A stretch of 32,000 bases of DNA from an archaeon (GCA_035390665.1 DAOOUC010000001.1:60001-92000); one strand, 5' to 3'; counted from the stretch's first letter, positions 17,270-27,578 are shown. The notes: generated from the sequence alone by a model not told the origin. Numbers and translations are program-made.

Positions 17270-19480
17270 TTAATTTTTTGTTTTTTTAATAACTTTTGAT
17301 TTTTTTTCTTCTTTGCCTTTTGTTTTTGTTGCTGTTGTCTTTTTTGTTTTTGTAACTTTCTTTTCTGCTTTTAATTTTTCTTTTTCTGCGTCTTTCTCTG
17401 CCTTTGCTTTTGCCTTCTCAACTTTTGCATCTTGTTTTTCTTTCAACCTTGCTTCGTATTCTTTTTGCTGTTCAATTCTTTTAGAGCATTTGTGATTTAA
17501 GCAAACTTCAATTCCACCGCGTCTTGTAAGTATCTTAATAATTGGATTACTGCATTCTTCACAAATTTTTCCAGTTCCTTCAACTTTATATTTTTGAGGA
17601 AGAGGGAAAGTATTTCTACATGCTGGAAATCCAGAGCACGCTGCAAATTGTTTATTGTTCTTACTAATTCTAACAATTAGTTCTTTTCCACATATAGTAC
17701 ATTTTCCAAGAACAGAATCATTTCTGGTTGCAATTCTTAGTTCTGTTGAGATGTCATTTTTTTCTTTAACAAGTATTTTTATAATATCTTTAAGTATAAC
17801 TCTTGTTTCATCTACAACCTCTGGTTTCTTTTTCTTTCCAGCAGCAACTTGTTCCATTTCTTCTTCAATGTTAGCAGTTAGTTTTGGTTGAGTAATAAGT
17901 TCACAATGCTTATTAAGAACAGAACAGACGGCAATTGCAATATTTGTTGCAGATATACTTTTTGTTCCTTGGATGTAACCTCTGTCTCTTAATTTTTTAA
18001 TAATCACTGGCCGGGTTGATTTAGTTCCAAGGTTTTGTTCTTCCATTAACTTGATTAGTCCTGCTTCTGTATAGTGGCTTGGTGGTGTTGTTTCTTTATC
18101 TTCTTTAACAATATCTAAAACATCAACAACTTCTCCAATAATTAAGTCAGGCAAAATTGTTTCGTTTAGTTTAGAAAAATGATAAATTTTTTTCCAACCA
18201 GGTTCAATAATGGTTTGTCCAGTAACAATAAATGGTTCTTTTTTAATATCAATTATTGCTGAAACATTTTCTGTTCTTGCATCAATATAAAGTGTTGCAA
18301 GAAATCTTCTAACAATCAAATCGTAAATCTTTTTTTCTCCACCAGCAAGTTTATTTGAATATCCAACAGGATATATTGGCGGATGATCTGTTGTTTCTTT
18401 TGCTCCGCGTGTGGGGTGTATTGGTTTAGATAAGATTTCTTTAGCTATTCCAAAATATTCTTTATCAATAGAGACAATTTCAACAATTTCTTTTAGATTA
18501 ACTGTTGCAGGATAAACGGTGTTATCAGTTCTTGGGTAACTAATAAGTCCTTGTTGATATAAGCTTTCAGCAATATTCATAGCTTGATTTGTGCTTATTC
18601 CAAATACTGAAGAAGCAGCTCTAAGAAAACTAGTTGTATTAAATGGTTCAGGTCTATTAAGTGTTTTTTCTTTTTTTGAAATTGTTCTAACAATTCCACT
18701 TTTTTCTTTTTTAATATCTTCAAATATTTTTTTAGCTTTTTCAATATCAAAGAATTTTCCATCTTTGTGATTACCTAAGAATTTAATTTTGGATTTTTCA
18801 AAAGTTGCAATAATTTCAGAGTATTTCTCTGGAACAAATTTTTGTCTTTCAAGTTCTCTTTCAACAATAAAATTTAAAAGAGGGGTCTGAACACGCCCAG
18901 CAGAAATAAAATTTTTACCTTTTCTGTTAGCAACAACAGACAAGTATCTTGTTAATATTGCACCCCACAATAAATCAACCTCTTGACGTGCAAAAACAGA
19001 ATCAGCATAATTAAAATCAACTTTTCTTAAATGAGTAAAAGAATCAAATATTTCTTTTTCAGTTAAGGCACTAAAGTAAGCTCTATGTAATTTAGTTCCT
19101 TTGTTGTTTTCTACAACATAGTTATAAGCCTCAACACCTATTGCCTCTCCTTCTCTATCAGCATCTGTTGCAACAATAATGTTTTCAAGATTAGCTCTTT
19201 TCTTTTTAAGACTTGTTATTATTGCTTTTTCAACAGCAAGGTAAGTTAATTGCTTGTCTGCCAAAATATCTAATGCATAGATATTCCAATAATTATTATC
19301 TCCAACAAAATCAACAGTGTTTATGTGTCCTCTAAGTGGTATTACCATTGTTTCTTTTCCTTCCCAATCAAAAGAGAAACAGTTAACCCCATTTTCAACA
19401 ACAGTATTAAATTTATTTTTAGAGAGAATGCTTGCAATTCTTTTTCCTGCAATCGCCTTCTCTGAAATTATTAAATCCAT
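17270..19480 (-). CDS. topA: DNA topoisomerase I (type IA) with zinc fingers and a Lys-rich tail
   Basis: MDLIISEKAIAGKRIASIL, IVATDADREGEAIG, SAGRVQTPLL, LYQQGLISYPRTDNTVYP, C-terminal CTICGKEL.../CEECSNPI... Confidence 0.94.
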   Translation of the reverse strand: MDLIISEKAIAGKRIASILSKNKFNTVVENGVNCFSFDWEGKETMVIPLRGHINTVDFVGDNNYWNIYALDILADKQLTYLAVEKAIITSLKKKRANLENIIVATDADREGEAIGVEAYNYVVENNKGTKLHRAYFSALTEKEIFDSFTHLRKVDFNYADSVFARQEVDLLWGAILTRYLSVVANRKGKNFISAGRVQTPLLNFIVERELERQKFVPEKYSEIIATFEKSKIKFLGNHKDGKFFDIEKAKKIFEDIKKEKSGIVRTISKKEKTLNRPEPFNTTSFLRAASSVFGISTNQAMNIAESLYQQGLISYPRTDNTVYPATVNLKEIVEIVSIDKEYFGIAKEILSKPIHPTRGAKETTDHPPIYPVGYSNKLAGGEKKIYDLIVRRFLATLYIDARTENVSAIIDIKKEPFIVTGQTIIEPGWKKIYHFSKLNETILPDLIIGEVVDVLDIVKEDKETTPPSHYTEAGLIKLMEEQNLGTKSTRPVIIKKLRDRGYIQGTKSISATNIAIAVCSVLNKHCELITQPKLTANIEEEMEQVAAGKKKKPEVVDETRVILKDIIKILVKEKNDISTELRIATRNDSVLGKCTICGKELIVRISKNNKQFAACSGFPACRNTFPLPQKYKVEGTGKICEECSNPIIKILTRRGGIEVCLNHKCSKRIEQQKEYEARLKEKQDAKVEKAKAKAEKDAEKEKLKAEKKVTKTKKTTATKTKGKEEKKSKVIKKTKN

Positions 19481-19491
19481 TTTATTTCAAA

Positions 19492-19962
19492 TTAAAAAGT
19501 AGTTTGTAAGATTTTACGTGGAAGATTTTTACTATTTTTGTGTTCTTTTAATAGTGTAAGAATACTTGCTTTAGTTATTCCATCAATCTTAAAGATGTTA
19601 TCTAATAGTTGTTTTAAGTCTGATTTATCAAGGGCCATAACTCTTACTAATACATTATATTCCCCTGTAACTTCAACAACTTCTTTAATATCTTCCATTT
19701 CTTTTAGTTTCTTTAGTATCTCGTTTTGCTTAGATGGGTCTATTGTAATTAAGATCTCAATCTTTTCATTAAATCCTAAAATTTCGTAATCAATTTCAGC
19801 AGTGATTGATTTTATTATGCCTCTTTGCATTAATCTATCTAATCTTTTCTTAATTGCAACATCTGTCAAATTTATGTCTTTAGCAATATTTGCAAATGAC
19901 ACTCTTCCATTTATTGCAAGTTGTTCTATAATATACTTATCTATTTTATCTATTATCTGCAT
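19492..19962 (-). CDS. Lrp/AsnC family transcriptional regulator
   Basis: IDKYIIEQLAINGRVSFANIAKDINLTDVAIKKRLDRLMQRGIIKSITAEIDYEILGF plus a RAM/ligand-binding-like C-terminus. Confidence 0.9.
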   Translation of the reverse strand: MQIIDKIDKYIIEQLAINGRVSFANIAKDINLTDVAIKKRLDRLMQRGIIKSITAEIDYEILGFNEKIEILITIDPSKQNEILKKLKEMEDIKEVVEVTGEYNVLVRVMALDKSDLKQLLDNIFKIDGITKASILTLLKEHKNSKNLPRKILQTTF

Positions 19963-19974
19963 GTATAATCAATC

Positions 19975-20688
19975 CTACTTAATTGGTTTTAATAAATTGT
20001 ATTTATCTAAATAAACCTCTGTTTTTAAAATTTCAATAAAAGGTATAACAAAAACCACAAAGAAAACTGTTGCGATAATTGGTCCTGCAAAGACACCAAA
20101 CATAACATCTATGATGTATGTTAAAAGTGTTAAAATAAAAACAGTAACAAATAGATAAACAAAAGATATCCAATTCTTTTTAATATAATTTAGATTAAGA
20201 ACCAAAGCATATTCTGCACTTTGTTTTTCCATAACTATTATTTGAGGTATAAACCAGAAAAGTGCAGTAATTACTAGTAAACCTAGATTAATAAAAATAT
20301 TATTTAATAGTCCAAAATCAAATAAGAAACAAAGAGAAATATAAAGTAATAAGAAAAAGGAAACATTAAATTTTAATAATTCTAAAAATGGCCTCTTTAT
20401 CTCAAGTGAGTTCTTTTTATCAAATCCATACTCTCTTTGTACTTTATAAACAACTAGTGCTTGCAAAAGAGAATATGCAAATACAATTGCAATAAATGCA
20501 ACAACGGTTAATAATATGATTATAGGGTCTTGATTTAACAAATCATAAGTAACATTTAGACTGCCCCCAGCAAGACTAAATAAAGGATTAACTAAAAACA
20601 AAGTAAATATTAATAATAAACTTGTAGCAAAAACAAGCTTAATATTACTTAAATATTTTTTAAATGCCACAGGAATGTCCATACTCAT
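19975..20688 (-). CDS. Multi-pass membrane protein, unknown function
   Basis: 237-aa ORF with several hydrophobic segments; no family recognised. Confidence 0.6.
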   Translation of the reverse strand: MSMDIPVAFKKYLSNIKLVFATSLLLIFTLFLVNPLFSLAGGSLNVTYDLLNQDPIIILLTVVAFIAIVFAYSLLQALVVYKVQREYGFDKKNSLEIKRPFLELLKFNVSFFLLLYISLCFLFDFGLLNNIFINLGLLVITALFWFIPQIIVMEKQSAEYALVLNLNYIKKNWISFVYLFVTVFILTLLTYIIDVMFGVFAGPIIATVFFVVFVIPFIEILKTEVYLDKYNLLKPIK

Positions 20689-20764
20689 ATCTTTTCACTT
20701 TTCTTATTTTTAAATATATAATTATTAGATAATATAATATATAAATAGAATTCTTTTTAAATAA

Positions 20765-21997
20765 TTAACTTTTCAGTTCAGAAGCAAAAAGATAACCCGA
20801 TCTCGCTTCCTTAATTTTGATTTTTAATTTTTTTCCAATTTCTAATTTTTTAGGAACAACAACTTGTTTATACTCTATAGTTCTTCCAATACTTGTGTTA
20901 TTTTTCCCAATTTCTGTGATTAATATTTCTCTAGTTTTTCCAATTAATTTTTTATTGTTTAAAAGAGCAATTGTTGAACATAAAATTGTACAGCTTCTAG
21001 ATCTTTCTTTTTTAATAGTTCCAGGAAGTTCTTTGTATTTGTTAGCTTCAATATTTTTTCTTTGCCCGAATCTTGAAATATTTACGATGTCAAATTTACA
21101 TGCTTTTATCAATTCTAATGTTTCTTTAAAATCTTTTTCTGTTTCTGTTGGAAAGCCAACAATGATGTCTGTTGCTAATGTTAAATTTTTAATATTTTTT
21201 TTAAAATATTTAATTAGCTCAAGATATTCTTCCTTCGTGTAATACCTATTCATTTTTTTAAGAACTGAATTGCTTCCGCTCTGAATAGGCACATGTAAGA
21301 ATTTATAGATTTTTTCAGATTTAAAAATTTCAGATATTTCTTTTTTATATTTCTTTAAATGTTGAGGATTTCCCATTCCAAGTCTAATTTTGTAGTCTCC
21401 CTCTATTTTGATTATTTCTTTTAATAATTCCGCAATATTGGTATTAATTTCTAATCCATAACAAGCGGTATCTTGAGCAGTAAGAAGAATTTCTTTAGTT
21501 CCAGATTCAACAGCGGTTTTCACTTCTTCTATAATTTTTGCAATAGATTTACTTTCAAGTTTTCCTCTTGCGAATTTAACTGCACAATATGCACAGTTTC
21601 CAAGACAACCGTTGGCAATAATTACTGCTTTAGTAATTTGTGTTTTCTCAGACGATTTGCCTTTAGGTTTTATTTTGTATTTCTCAAGATAAGAGATTAA
21701 TTTTGTTTTATCTCTAATTCCAAAAAATTTGGCTTTTGGTAAAAGTGTTTTAAGTTTCTCTGAATTAATATCAACTAAACACCCGCAAACAATAATTTCT
21801 TTATTTTTAAGTGGCAAAATAGAATCAGTAATATATTTGTAAATTTTGTTTTCTGTTTGTTCTTTTACTCCGCAGGTATTTATCACAATAATGCTTGCGT
21901 CCTTTTCTTCTTTAGCCACAGTAAGGCCAAACACCAAGTCTTCTCCGTCCCTTTGGTTTAATGTACAACCAAAGGTTTTAATAAAAATAGATTTCAT
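20765..21997 (-). CDS. MiaB-like tRNA methylthiotransferase (archaeal/eukaryal e-MtaB type)
   Basis: TFGCTLNQRDGEDL, VINTCGVKEQTENK, IIVCGCL, ANGCLGNCAYCAVKFARG (radical SAM CxxxCxxC), DIIVGFPTETEKDF, C-terminal TRAM-like region. Confidence 0.9.
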   Translation of the reverse strand: MKSIFIKTFGCTLNQRDGEDLVFGLTVAKEEKDASIIVINTCGVKEQTENKIYKYITDSILPLKNKEIIVCGCLVDINSEKLKTLLPKAKFFGIRDKTKLISYLEKYKIKPKGKSSEKTQITKAVIIANGCLGNCAYCAVKFARGKLESKSIAKIIEEVKTAVESGTKEILLTAQDTACYGLEINTNIAELLKEIIKIEGDYKIRLGMGNPQHLKKYKKEISEIFKSEKIYKFLHVPIQSGSNSVLKKMNRYYTKEEYLELIKYFKKNIKNLTLATDIIVGFPTETEKDFKETLELIKACKFDIVNISRFGQRKNIEANKYKELPGTIKKERSRSCTILCSTIALLNNKKLIGKTREILITEIGKNNTSIGRTIEYKQVVVPKKLEIGKKLKIKIKEARSGYLFASELKS

Positions 21998-22389
21998 ATT
22001 ATTTTTTTCTTTGAAGCAAACATTCCAATCACTGAACTAATTATAAATGGAAAGAATGCAGATTCTAAAAGTTGTTTAAATATTCCAAGGTCTTTTGGTA
22101 TTGCCATTTTGTTTAATACAACATATATCTGATATGCATAAATATACAAAATTAAATATTGTACAAGTATACAAATAATCAAAAAAAGAACTAATATAAC
22201 ATAAAAATTCCAATTTGTATATTTTTCAATAACTGGTGTTAAAAAATAAAATGCAAAAAATCCAACAATTGGTAAAAGTATATACATTGGGCTTTTAAAA
22301 AAATTATCTTTTGATAAAAAATAAATTGCCAATTGACTTAAAAAATATCCTAAAATAAAAAATAAACTTACCTTTAATGCTTTGTTCAT
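21994..22389 (-). CDS. Membrane protein, unknown function
   Basis: 131-aa ORF with four hydrophobic segments; ATGA-type 4-nt overlap with the MiaB-like gene. Confidence 0.55.
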   Translation of the reverse strand: MNKALKVSLFFILGYFLSQLAIYFLSKDNFFKSPMYILLPIVGFFAFYFLTPVIEKYTNWNFYVILVLFLIICILVQYLILYIYAYQIYVVLNKMAIPKDLGIFKQLLESAFFPFIISSVIGMFASKKKII

Positions 22390-22523
22390 ATTAACTTCTC
22401 CAAATATTAAATAATTAATAACCCATTAAGATTTTAAATAGTTTAGAAATCTAAAAGAATATATTTAAAAACAAGTTGATAGACAAATAAGATAGAATAT
22501 ATATTTTAGAGAAAGAGATATTT

Positions 22524-23486
22524 ATGATTACAACTAGCGCACCTTGGACAGAGAAATATAGGCCGTTTAGATTAGATGAGATATCAGGCCAACAACACGT
22601 AGTTTCTAAACTAAAAAAATATGTAGAACACAAATCAATTCCAAATATGCTTTTTGCAGGACCGCCAGGAGTTGGTAAAACCTGTTGTGCAATAGCTTTA
22701 GCTAAAGAGATGTTTGGTGACGGATATTCGCAAGATTTTTTAGAATTAAATGCAAGTGACGAAAGAGGAATTGGTGTTGTTAGAGGCGCAATAAAAGATT
22801 TTGCAAGAACCATAGCATTAACTTCAAGTTTTAAAATCATATTTTTAGATGAAGCAGATGCTTTAACTGCAGAGGCGCAACAAGCACTGAGAAGAACTAT
22901 GGAGAAATACACAAATACAGTTAGATTTATTCTAAATGCAAATTATTCTTCAAAATTAATTCCACCAATACAAAGCAGGTGTGCTTTATTTAAATTTAAA
23001 CCATTAACAAAAGAAGATGTACAATCTAGAATAGAATATATTGTTTCTCAAGAAAAAATAAAAATAGACAAAGAAGCAATAATAGCAATTAACGAAGTTT
23101 GTGAAGGAGATTTAAGAACAGCGGTAAATCTTTTACAAACCGCAGCATCAACAACAGAACACATCAAAGAGTCAGACATTTATGTTGTCTCTAATTCAGC
23201 ACAGCCACAAGATATTATTGGATTGATAGATGCTTGCTTAGAAAAAGATTTTTTGAAAGCAAGATCAAAATTAGAGGTTTTGTTATTTGATCACGGACTT
23301 TCAGGAGAGGATATAATCAGTCACATCTATAAAAAAATAGTTAATTATCCTGAAGAAAAAATATCAATTGATAAAAAGTTAAAGATTATTGATAAGATTG
23401 CGGAATTTAATTACAGATTAGTGCAAGGTGCAAATGACAGAATACAATTAGAGGCATTAATTGCACAAATAATAATTATAGAATAA
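22524..23486 (+). CDS. rfcS: Replication factor C small subunit
   Basis: PWTEKYRPFRLDEISGQQHVVSKLKKYVEHKSIPNMLFAGPPGVGKTCCAIALAKEMFG, FLELNASDERGIGVVRG, IIFLDEADALTAEAQQALRRTMEKYT (SRC-like ILNANYSSKLIPPIQSRCALF). Confidence 0.96.
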   Translation: MITTSAPWTEKYRPFRLDEISGQQHVVSKLKKYVEHKSIPNMLFAGPPGVGKTCCAIALAKEMFGDGYSQDFLELNASDERGIGVVRGAIKDFARTIALTSSFKIIFLDEADALTAEAQQALRRTMEKYTNTVRFILNANYSSKLIPPIQSRCALFKFKPLTKEDVQSRIEYIVSQEKIKIDKEAIIAINEVCEGDLRTAVNLLQTAASTTEHIKESDIYVVSNSAQPQDIIGLIDACLEKDFLKARSKLEVLLFDHGLSGEDIISHIYKKIVNYPEEKISIDKKLKIIDKIAEFNYRLVQGANDRIQLEALIAQIIIIE

Positions 23487-23498
23487 TTTGGTGAAAAA

Positions 23499-25217
23499 AT
23501 GGGGTCATATTTAGATGAATTAAAAGTTCAGATGGGTGAAAAGAAACCAGAAAATATAACTGTGCCAACGACAGAAGCTAAGCCAGAAACAAAAACAATT
23601 GATTTGAATGAATTAAGAAAATCTAAAGAAGATAAGCAAGAATCAAAAGTAGATAGTCTTAAAGATTTGTTTCATTCTACTGCGCCTTTACCAGAAATGG
23701 AAACAAAACCAATCGCTCAAATGCTTGGTAAAAAGGAAGAAATTAAAGAAATTGATTCATTATTGGCTAGTTGGGAAACATCAGGGAAATTAGTAACAAA
23801 GTATGATGACATAGAAATTTATAGATTAGAAAACGACCCGTTATTATACTACAAAGCAAACATTCCAAAATCATCACCAAGTCAAAAAATGATAATTAAT
23901 ACACTTAAAGAAGCAACAACAAGATTAATCACAACTGATCCTTACAAAATAAGAGATCCAATACAAAGACAAAATATTTATTATCAAAAAATTTTAGAAA
24001 TTCTAGAAAATGCTCCAGAAATTAACGTCCCTAAACATTTGTTTTCATTCTATGCTAAAGCAGTAGTAACAGAGATGGTTGGTTTTGGAATAATTGAACC
24101 ATTAATTCATGACACAAAACTTGAAGAAATAATGGTCATAGGACCTAATAGGCCAACGTATGTGTACCACAGAGATTATGGAATGATGTATTCAAATGTT
24201 GTTTTTTATTCTGATGGAGAAATACAAGATCTAATTGATAAAATTGCAAGAATTCTTGGAAGAAGAGTAGATATTTCAAGTCCATTACTTGATGCACGTT
24301 TACCTGATGGTTCTCGTGTTAATGCAACAATACCTCCTGCTTCTATTGACGGCTCTACAGTAACTATTAGAAAATTTAGAGAGGACCCTTACACAATTGT
24401 TGATTTAATTAATTTTAAAACAATAAATTTAGAAGTTGCTGCATTTTTATGGAGTGCAGTAAATGGATTTGGGGCAAAACCTGCAAACATAATTATTGCT
24501 GGTGGAACCGGATCTGGTAAAACATCTTTACTAAATGTTTTAGCTAGTTTTATTCCTGATGATTCTAGAGTTATAACCATTGAAGACACAGCAGAATTAA
24601 AATTGCCAATAAAACACACCATTCGTTTTGAAGGTAAACCACCAGGAATGGAAGGCACAGGTGAATTAACACTTGAGGTGCTTGTAAAAAATACACTTAG
24701 AATGAGACCAGACAGAGTAATTGTAGGTGAAATTAGAAGTACGGAAGCAAGTGTTTTATTTACTGCAATGAACACAGGACATGATGGATGTATGGGTACA
24801 ATCCACGCAAATTCTGCAAGAGAAACACTTGTAAGAATAACATCTCCGCCAATGGATGTCCCGATGTTAATGCTTGCAGGCCTTGATTTAATTATTGTTC
24901 AGAAAATATTAAATACTGCTCAAGGAAAGGTCAGAAGAATTACAGAGATTGCAGAAGTCGAAGGAGTTTATGAAAACGATCCAAAGGTTAACATAATCTT
25001 TAGATGGAATCCACAGACAGACAACCTAGAAAGAACAGAAAATCCAATTAAGTACTTTGAAATTATAAAAACACACACAAAAAATACAGACAAAGATATA
25101 GCAGATATTTTAACCAAAAAGATAAAACTTTTAAATGAGTTAGTTAGTAAGAATATAAGAGACATAAACGATGTTTCTAAGAAAATACAAGAAATGTATG
25201 TTAAAGATAAAAATTGA
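23499..25217 (+). CDS. Type IV pilus assembly/secretion ATPase (TadA/FlaI/PilT superfamily)
   Basis: FSFYAKAVVTEMVGFGIIEPLIHDTKLEEIMV, IIIAGGTGSGKTSLLNVLASFIPDDSRVITIEDTAELKLP, MRPDRVIVGEIRSTEASVLFTAMNTGHDGCMGTIHANS. Confidence 0.94.
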   Translation: MGSYLDELKVQMGEKKPENITVPTTEAKPETKTIDLNELRKSKEDKQESKVDSLKDLFHSTAPLPEMETKPIAQMLGKKEEIKEIDSLLASWETSGKLVTKYDDIEIYRLENDPLLYYKANIPKSSPSQKMIINTLKEATTRLITTDPYKIRDPIQRQNIYYQKILEILENAPEINVPKHLFSFYAKAVVTEMVGFGIIEPLIHDTKLEEIMVIGPNRPTYVYHRDYGMMYSNVVFYSDGEIQDLIDKIARILGRRVDISSPLLDARLPDGSRVNATIPPASIDGSTVTIRKFREDPYTIVDLINFKTINLEVAAFLWSAVNGFGAKPANIIIAGGTGSGKTSLLNVLASFIPDDSRVITIEDTAELKLPIKHTIRFEGKPPGMEGTGELTLEVLVKNTLRMRPDRVIVGEIRSTEASVLFTAMNTGHDGCMGTIHANSARETLVRITSPPMDVPMLMLAGLDLIIVQKILNTAQGKVRRITEIAEVEGVYENDPKVNIIFRWNPQTDNLERTENPIKYFEIIKTHTKNTDKDIADILTKKIKLLNELVSKNIRDINDVSKKIQEMYVKDKN

Positions 25218-25223
25218 TGAATA

Positions 25224-26363
25224 ATGTCTGACGATAATAGCAATTTAAAAAATCTAAAAAAAGATTTTAATAAAGAAAAATCTACTGTTGATTTTGATGC
25301 TGTTCAAAACATTGTTAAAAAATTAAAAGATAAAGACAAGGCAAAAGGAGTTACTGGGCCAGTAACCGAAGGTCATTTGAAAGAATTAAGAGACATTATT
25401 GCTGAAGGTAAGCTAGCCAAATTAAATATAGACACAGAAGCAAAGCTCTTATCTAATTCTAATTCATCATTAGATAAAAGTGCAGTAAAGATTTATTCTA
25501 AAACGCACGGATTTATTAACGAAATTGTAAAAAATTTAGTAAGAAACAACATAGGTAAAAAGATTGCATTTTATCTGTATTCGGCAAATAGTAAAAAATC
25601 TTTAATACAACATCTTGTTTTGTCTACAATCTATTCTTTATTAGTTACTGCATTTATTACAGTATTAGTTGGGGTTATCTTATTTTTTGTTAATCCTTTA
25701 TTTTTAGTTTTGATACCAATAATTCTTGGTTTTGTTTTTATAATTGCATTATTAAGTTTTTCATATCTTGTGCCTATGTCGCAAGCAAAACAAAGAGGAA
25801 TATTAATAGATACCGAGCTACCTTATGCTTTAAGGCATATATCTACAGAATTACAAGCAGGAATTGGATTATATAAAACACTTCAGTCAGTTGCAAAGAA
25901 TGATTACGGTGTACTTTCAGAAGAGATGTCGCGGACCATCATAGAAATAGAAAATGGAACTGACACAAAGACCGCATTAAGGCACATGGCATTAAGAAGT
26001 CAATCTAAAAATCTAAACACCGCAATATTTCATATCGTAAGAACACTTAATACTGGGGGTAATCTTTCTCAAAGTATAGATAGTGTTGCAGACACTGTTT
26101 CATTTGATTTAATGGAATCTGCAAAACAGTTTGGAGAAAAGATGAACTTCTTTGGAATTATTTTTATTTTTGTTGCAATTGTCCTACCTGTATTTTTAGC
26201 AATACTAAGTGCTATAGCAAATGCGCCAATAGGGCAAGGCGGAGATTTATTTATGCCAGGCATTTTAACACCAACGTTATTGACTGTTGTTTATTTATTG
26301 GTAATGCCAGCAATATTTATTTTTATAGCATATTACATAAAATTAATAGAGCCAAAAATATAA
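25224..26363 (+). CDS. TadC/type II secretion F-domain membrane protein 1
   Basis: ELPYALRHISTELQAGIGLYKTLQSVAKNDYGVLSEEMSRTIIEIENG...GGNLSQSIDSVADT with flanking TM helices. Confidence 0.85.
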   Translation: MSDDNSNLKNLKKDFNKEKSTVDFDAVQNIVKKLKDKDKAKGVTGPVTEGHLKELRDIIAEGKLAKLNIDTEAKLLSNSNSSLDKSAVKIYSKTHGFINEIVKNLVRNNIGKKIAFYLYSANSKKSLIQHLVLSTIYSLLVTAFITVLVGVILFFVNPLFLVLIPIILGFVFIIALLSFSYLVPMSQAKQRGILIDTELPYALRHISTELQAGIGLYKTLQSVAKNDYGVLSEEMSRTIIEIENGTDTKTALRHMALRSQSKNLNTAIFHIVRTLNTGGNLSQSIDSVADTVSFDLMESAKQFGEKMNFFGIIFIFVAIVLPVFLAILSAIANAPIGQGGDLFMPGILTPTLLTVVYLLVMPAIFIFIAYYIKLIEPKI

Positions 26364-26377
26364 ATGTGTGAATTAAA

Positions 26378-27274
26378 TTGGGAAAATTAATAGAAAGATA
26401 TCAAATATATTTGAGTTCAATGAAGATAAAAGCACCAGCTCTTTCTTGGATATTAGTGGTTTCTATAATTTCTATAGTTGTTGGTGCTTTGTTTTTTTTA
26501 ATTGATCAAAAATTAGGACTTTTGGCTTTTGCAATAATTTTAGATTTAGGGCTTGGTATCCCATTTTATAATTATAATAAGCACATTGATGAAATTGAAA
26601 GATATTGGCCAGATTCTTTAAGATTAATTGCAGATACAATGAAGTCTGGATCTTCTTTTGAATACTCTTTAAGAGAAGCAAGTGCTGCAGATTTTGGTCC
26701 GCTTTCATATGAATACAATGAAGTAATAAGAAGATTAGAGATGGGAGACAATATGTCTACTGCTTTATCTTATATGTCTAATAGAATTGATTCTAAAATA
26801 GTAAGAAGAACAATTACTTTAATTCAAGAGTGTTTAAGAACAGGTGCGCAATTATCAGATATTTTAGATGATATTGCAAATGATACAAAAAACATGTATA
26901 GAATAAAAAAAGAAAGAATAACTAAAACCTTACTTCAAACAATTTTTATTTTTGCAGCAGGTGCAATTATTGCTCCATTTATTTTTGGTTTAACAAACGT
27001 TATTACAACATTTTTAACAGATGTTGCAAAAAATTCAGGAATTGCGAGTGCAGAAGCACTAGACGTTTCTGTTGCAACACAACAATCTATTAGATTTTTA
27101 TTAGATGCTTATGTTCTATTAGAAGTTGCAGCAGCAGCAGTAATTGTTAGTTTAATGAGAGAAGGAAAATTTTCTAATGCAATAGTTATCTTTCCAGTAA
27201 TGGTTGTTGTTGCATTTATTGTGTATTCTCTAGCGCAGTTTTTAATTTCAACTATGTTGTCAGGTGTTATATAA
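26378..27274 (+). CDS. TadC/type II secretion F-domain membrane protein 2
   Basis: TTG start; IERYWPDSLRLIADTMKSGSSFEYSLREASAADFGPLSYEYNEVIRRLEMGDNMSTALSYM...RTGAQLSDILDDIAND. Confidence 0.85.
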   Translation: MGKLIERYQIYLSSMKIKAPALSWILVVSIISIVVGALFFLIDQKLGLLAFAIILDLGLGIPFYNYNKHIDEIERYWPDSLRLIADTMKSGSSFEYSLREASAADFGPLSYEYNEVIRRLEMGDNMSTALSYMSNRIDSKIVRRTITLIQECLRTGAQLSDILDDIANDTKNMYRIKKERITKTLLQTIFIFAAGAIIAPFIFGLTNVITTFLTDVAKNSGIASAEALDVSVATQQSIRFLLDAYVLLEVAAAAVIVSLMREGKFSNAIVIFPVMVVVAFIVYSLAQFLISTMLSGVI

Positions 27275-27447
27275 TGAAAAGATTAATAAAAGACAAAAAA
27301 GGACAAGTATCCTTAGAAGTTTTACTAATTGTTAGTGTTATTGTTTTAGCTGCAATACTTACTGGTTATTATCTAAAGCAAACAGCTCAAAAGAACAGTT
27401 CCAAAATACAAGAATATAACAACGCTAGTACAAAAGGAACACAATAA
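27274..27447 (+). CDS. Short (57 aa) class III signal peptide pilin-like protein
   Basis: Missed by the ORF track length cutoff: MKRLIKDKKGQVSLEVLLIVSVIVLAAILTGYYLKQTAQKNSSKIQEYNNASTKGTQ*. ATG overlaps the upstream stop (ATAATG). Confidence 0.8.
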   Translation: MKRLIKDKKGQVSLEVLLIVSVIVLAAILTGYYLKQTAQKNSSKIQEYNNASTKGTQ

Positions 27448-27482
27448 AATAGCCATCTAAAAGTTAAAAAAACAGAATAGAT

Positions 27483-27495
27483 AGGTTTATAAACT
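27483..27495 (+). promoter_or_regulatory. Candidate archaeal TATA element for the pilin genes
   Basis: GATAGGTTTATAAACTATA about 90 nt upstream of the first KKGQGALEY pilin, in an otherwise non-coding gap. Approximate coordinates. Confidence 0.35.
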
Positions 27496-27578
27496 ATATT
27501 GTAGACTATATAATATAATTTATTTTTAATAAAAAGAAAATTAAAACCAAATAAAAATAAAAGTGTGGAGGAATTAAA

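Noticed and set aside
19802-20014. Plus-strand ORFs 19538..19789 and 19802..20014
   Set aside because: Antisense to the Lrp/AsnC and membrane protein genes; no motif.
24389-24775. 128-aa minus-strand ORF and 24968..25243
   Set aside because: Antisense to the pilus ATPase gene; no independent support.
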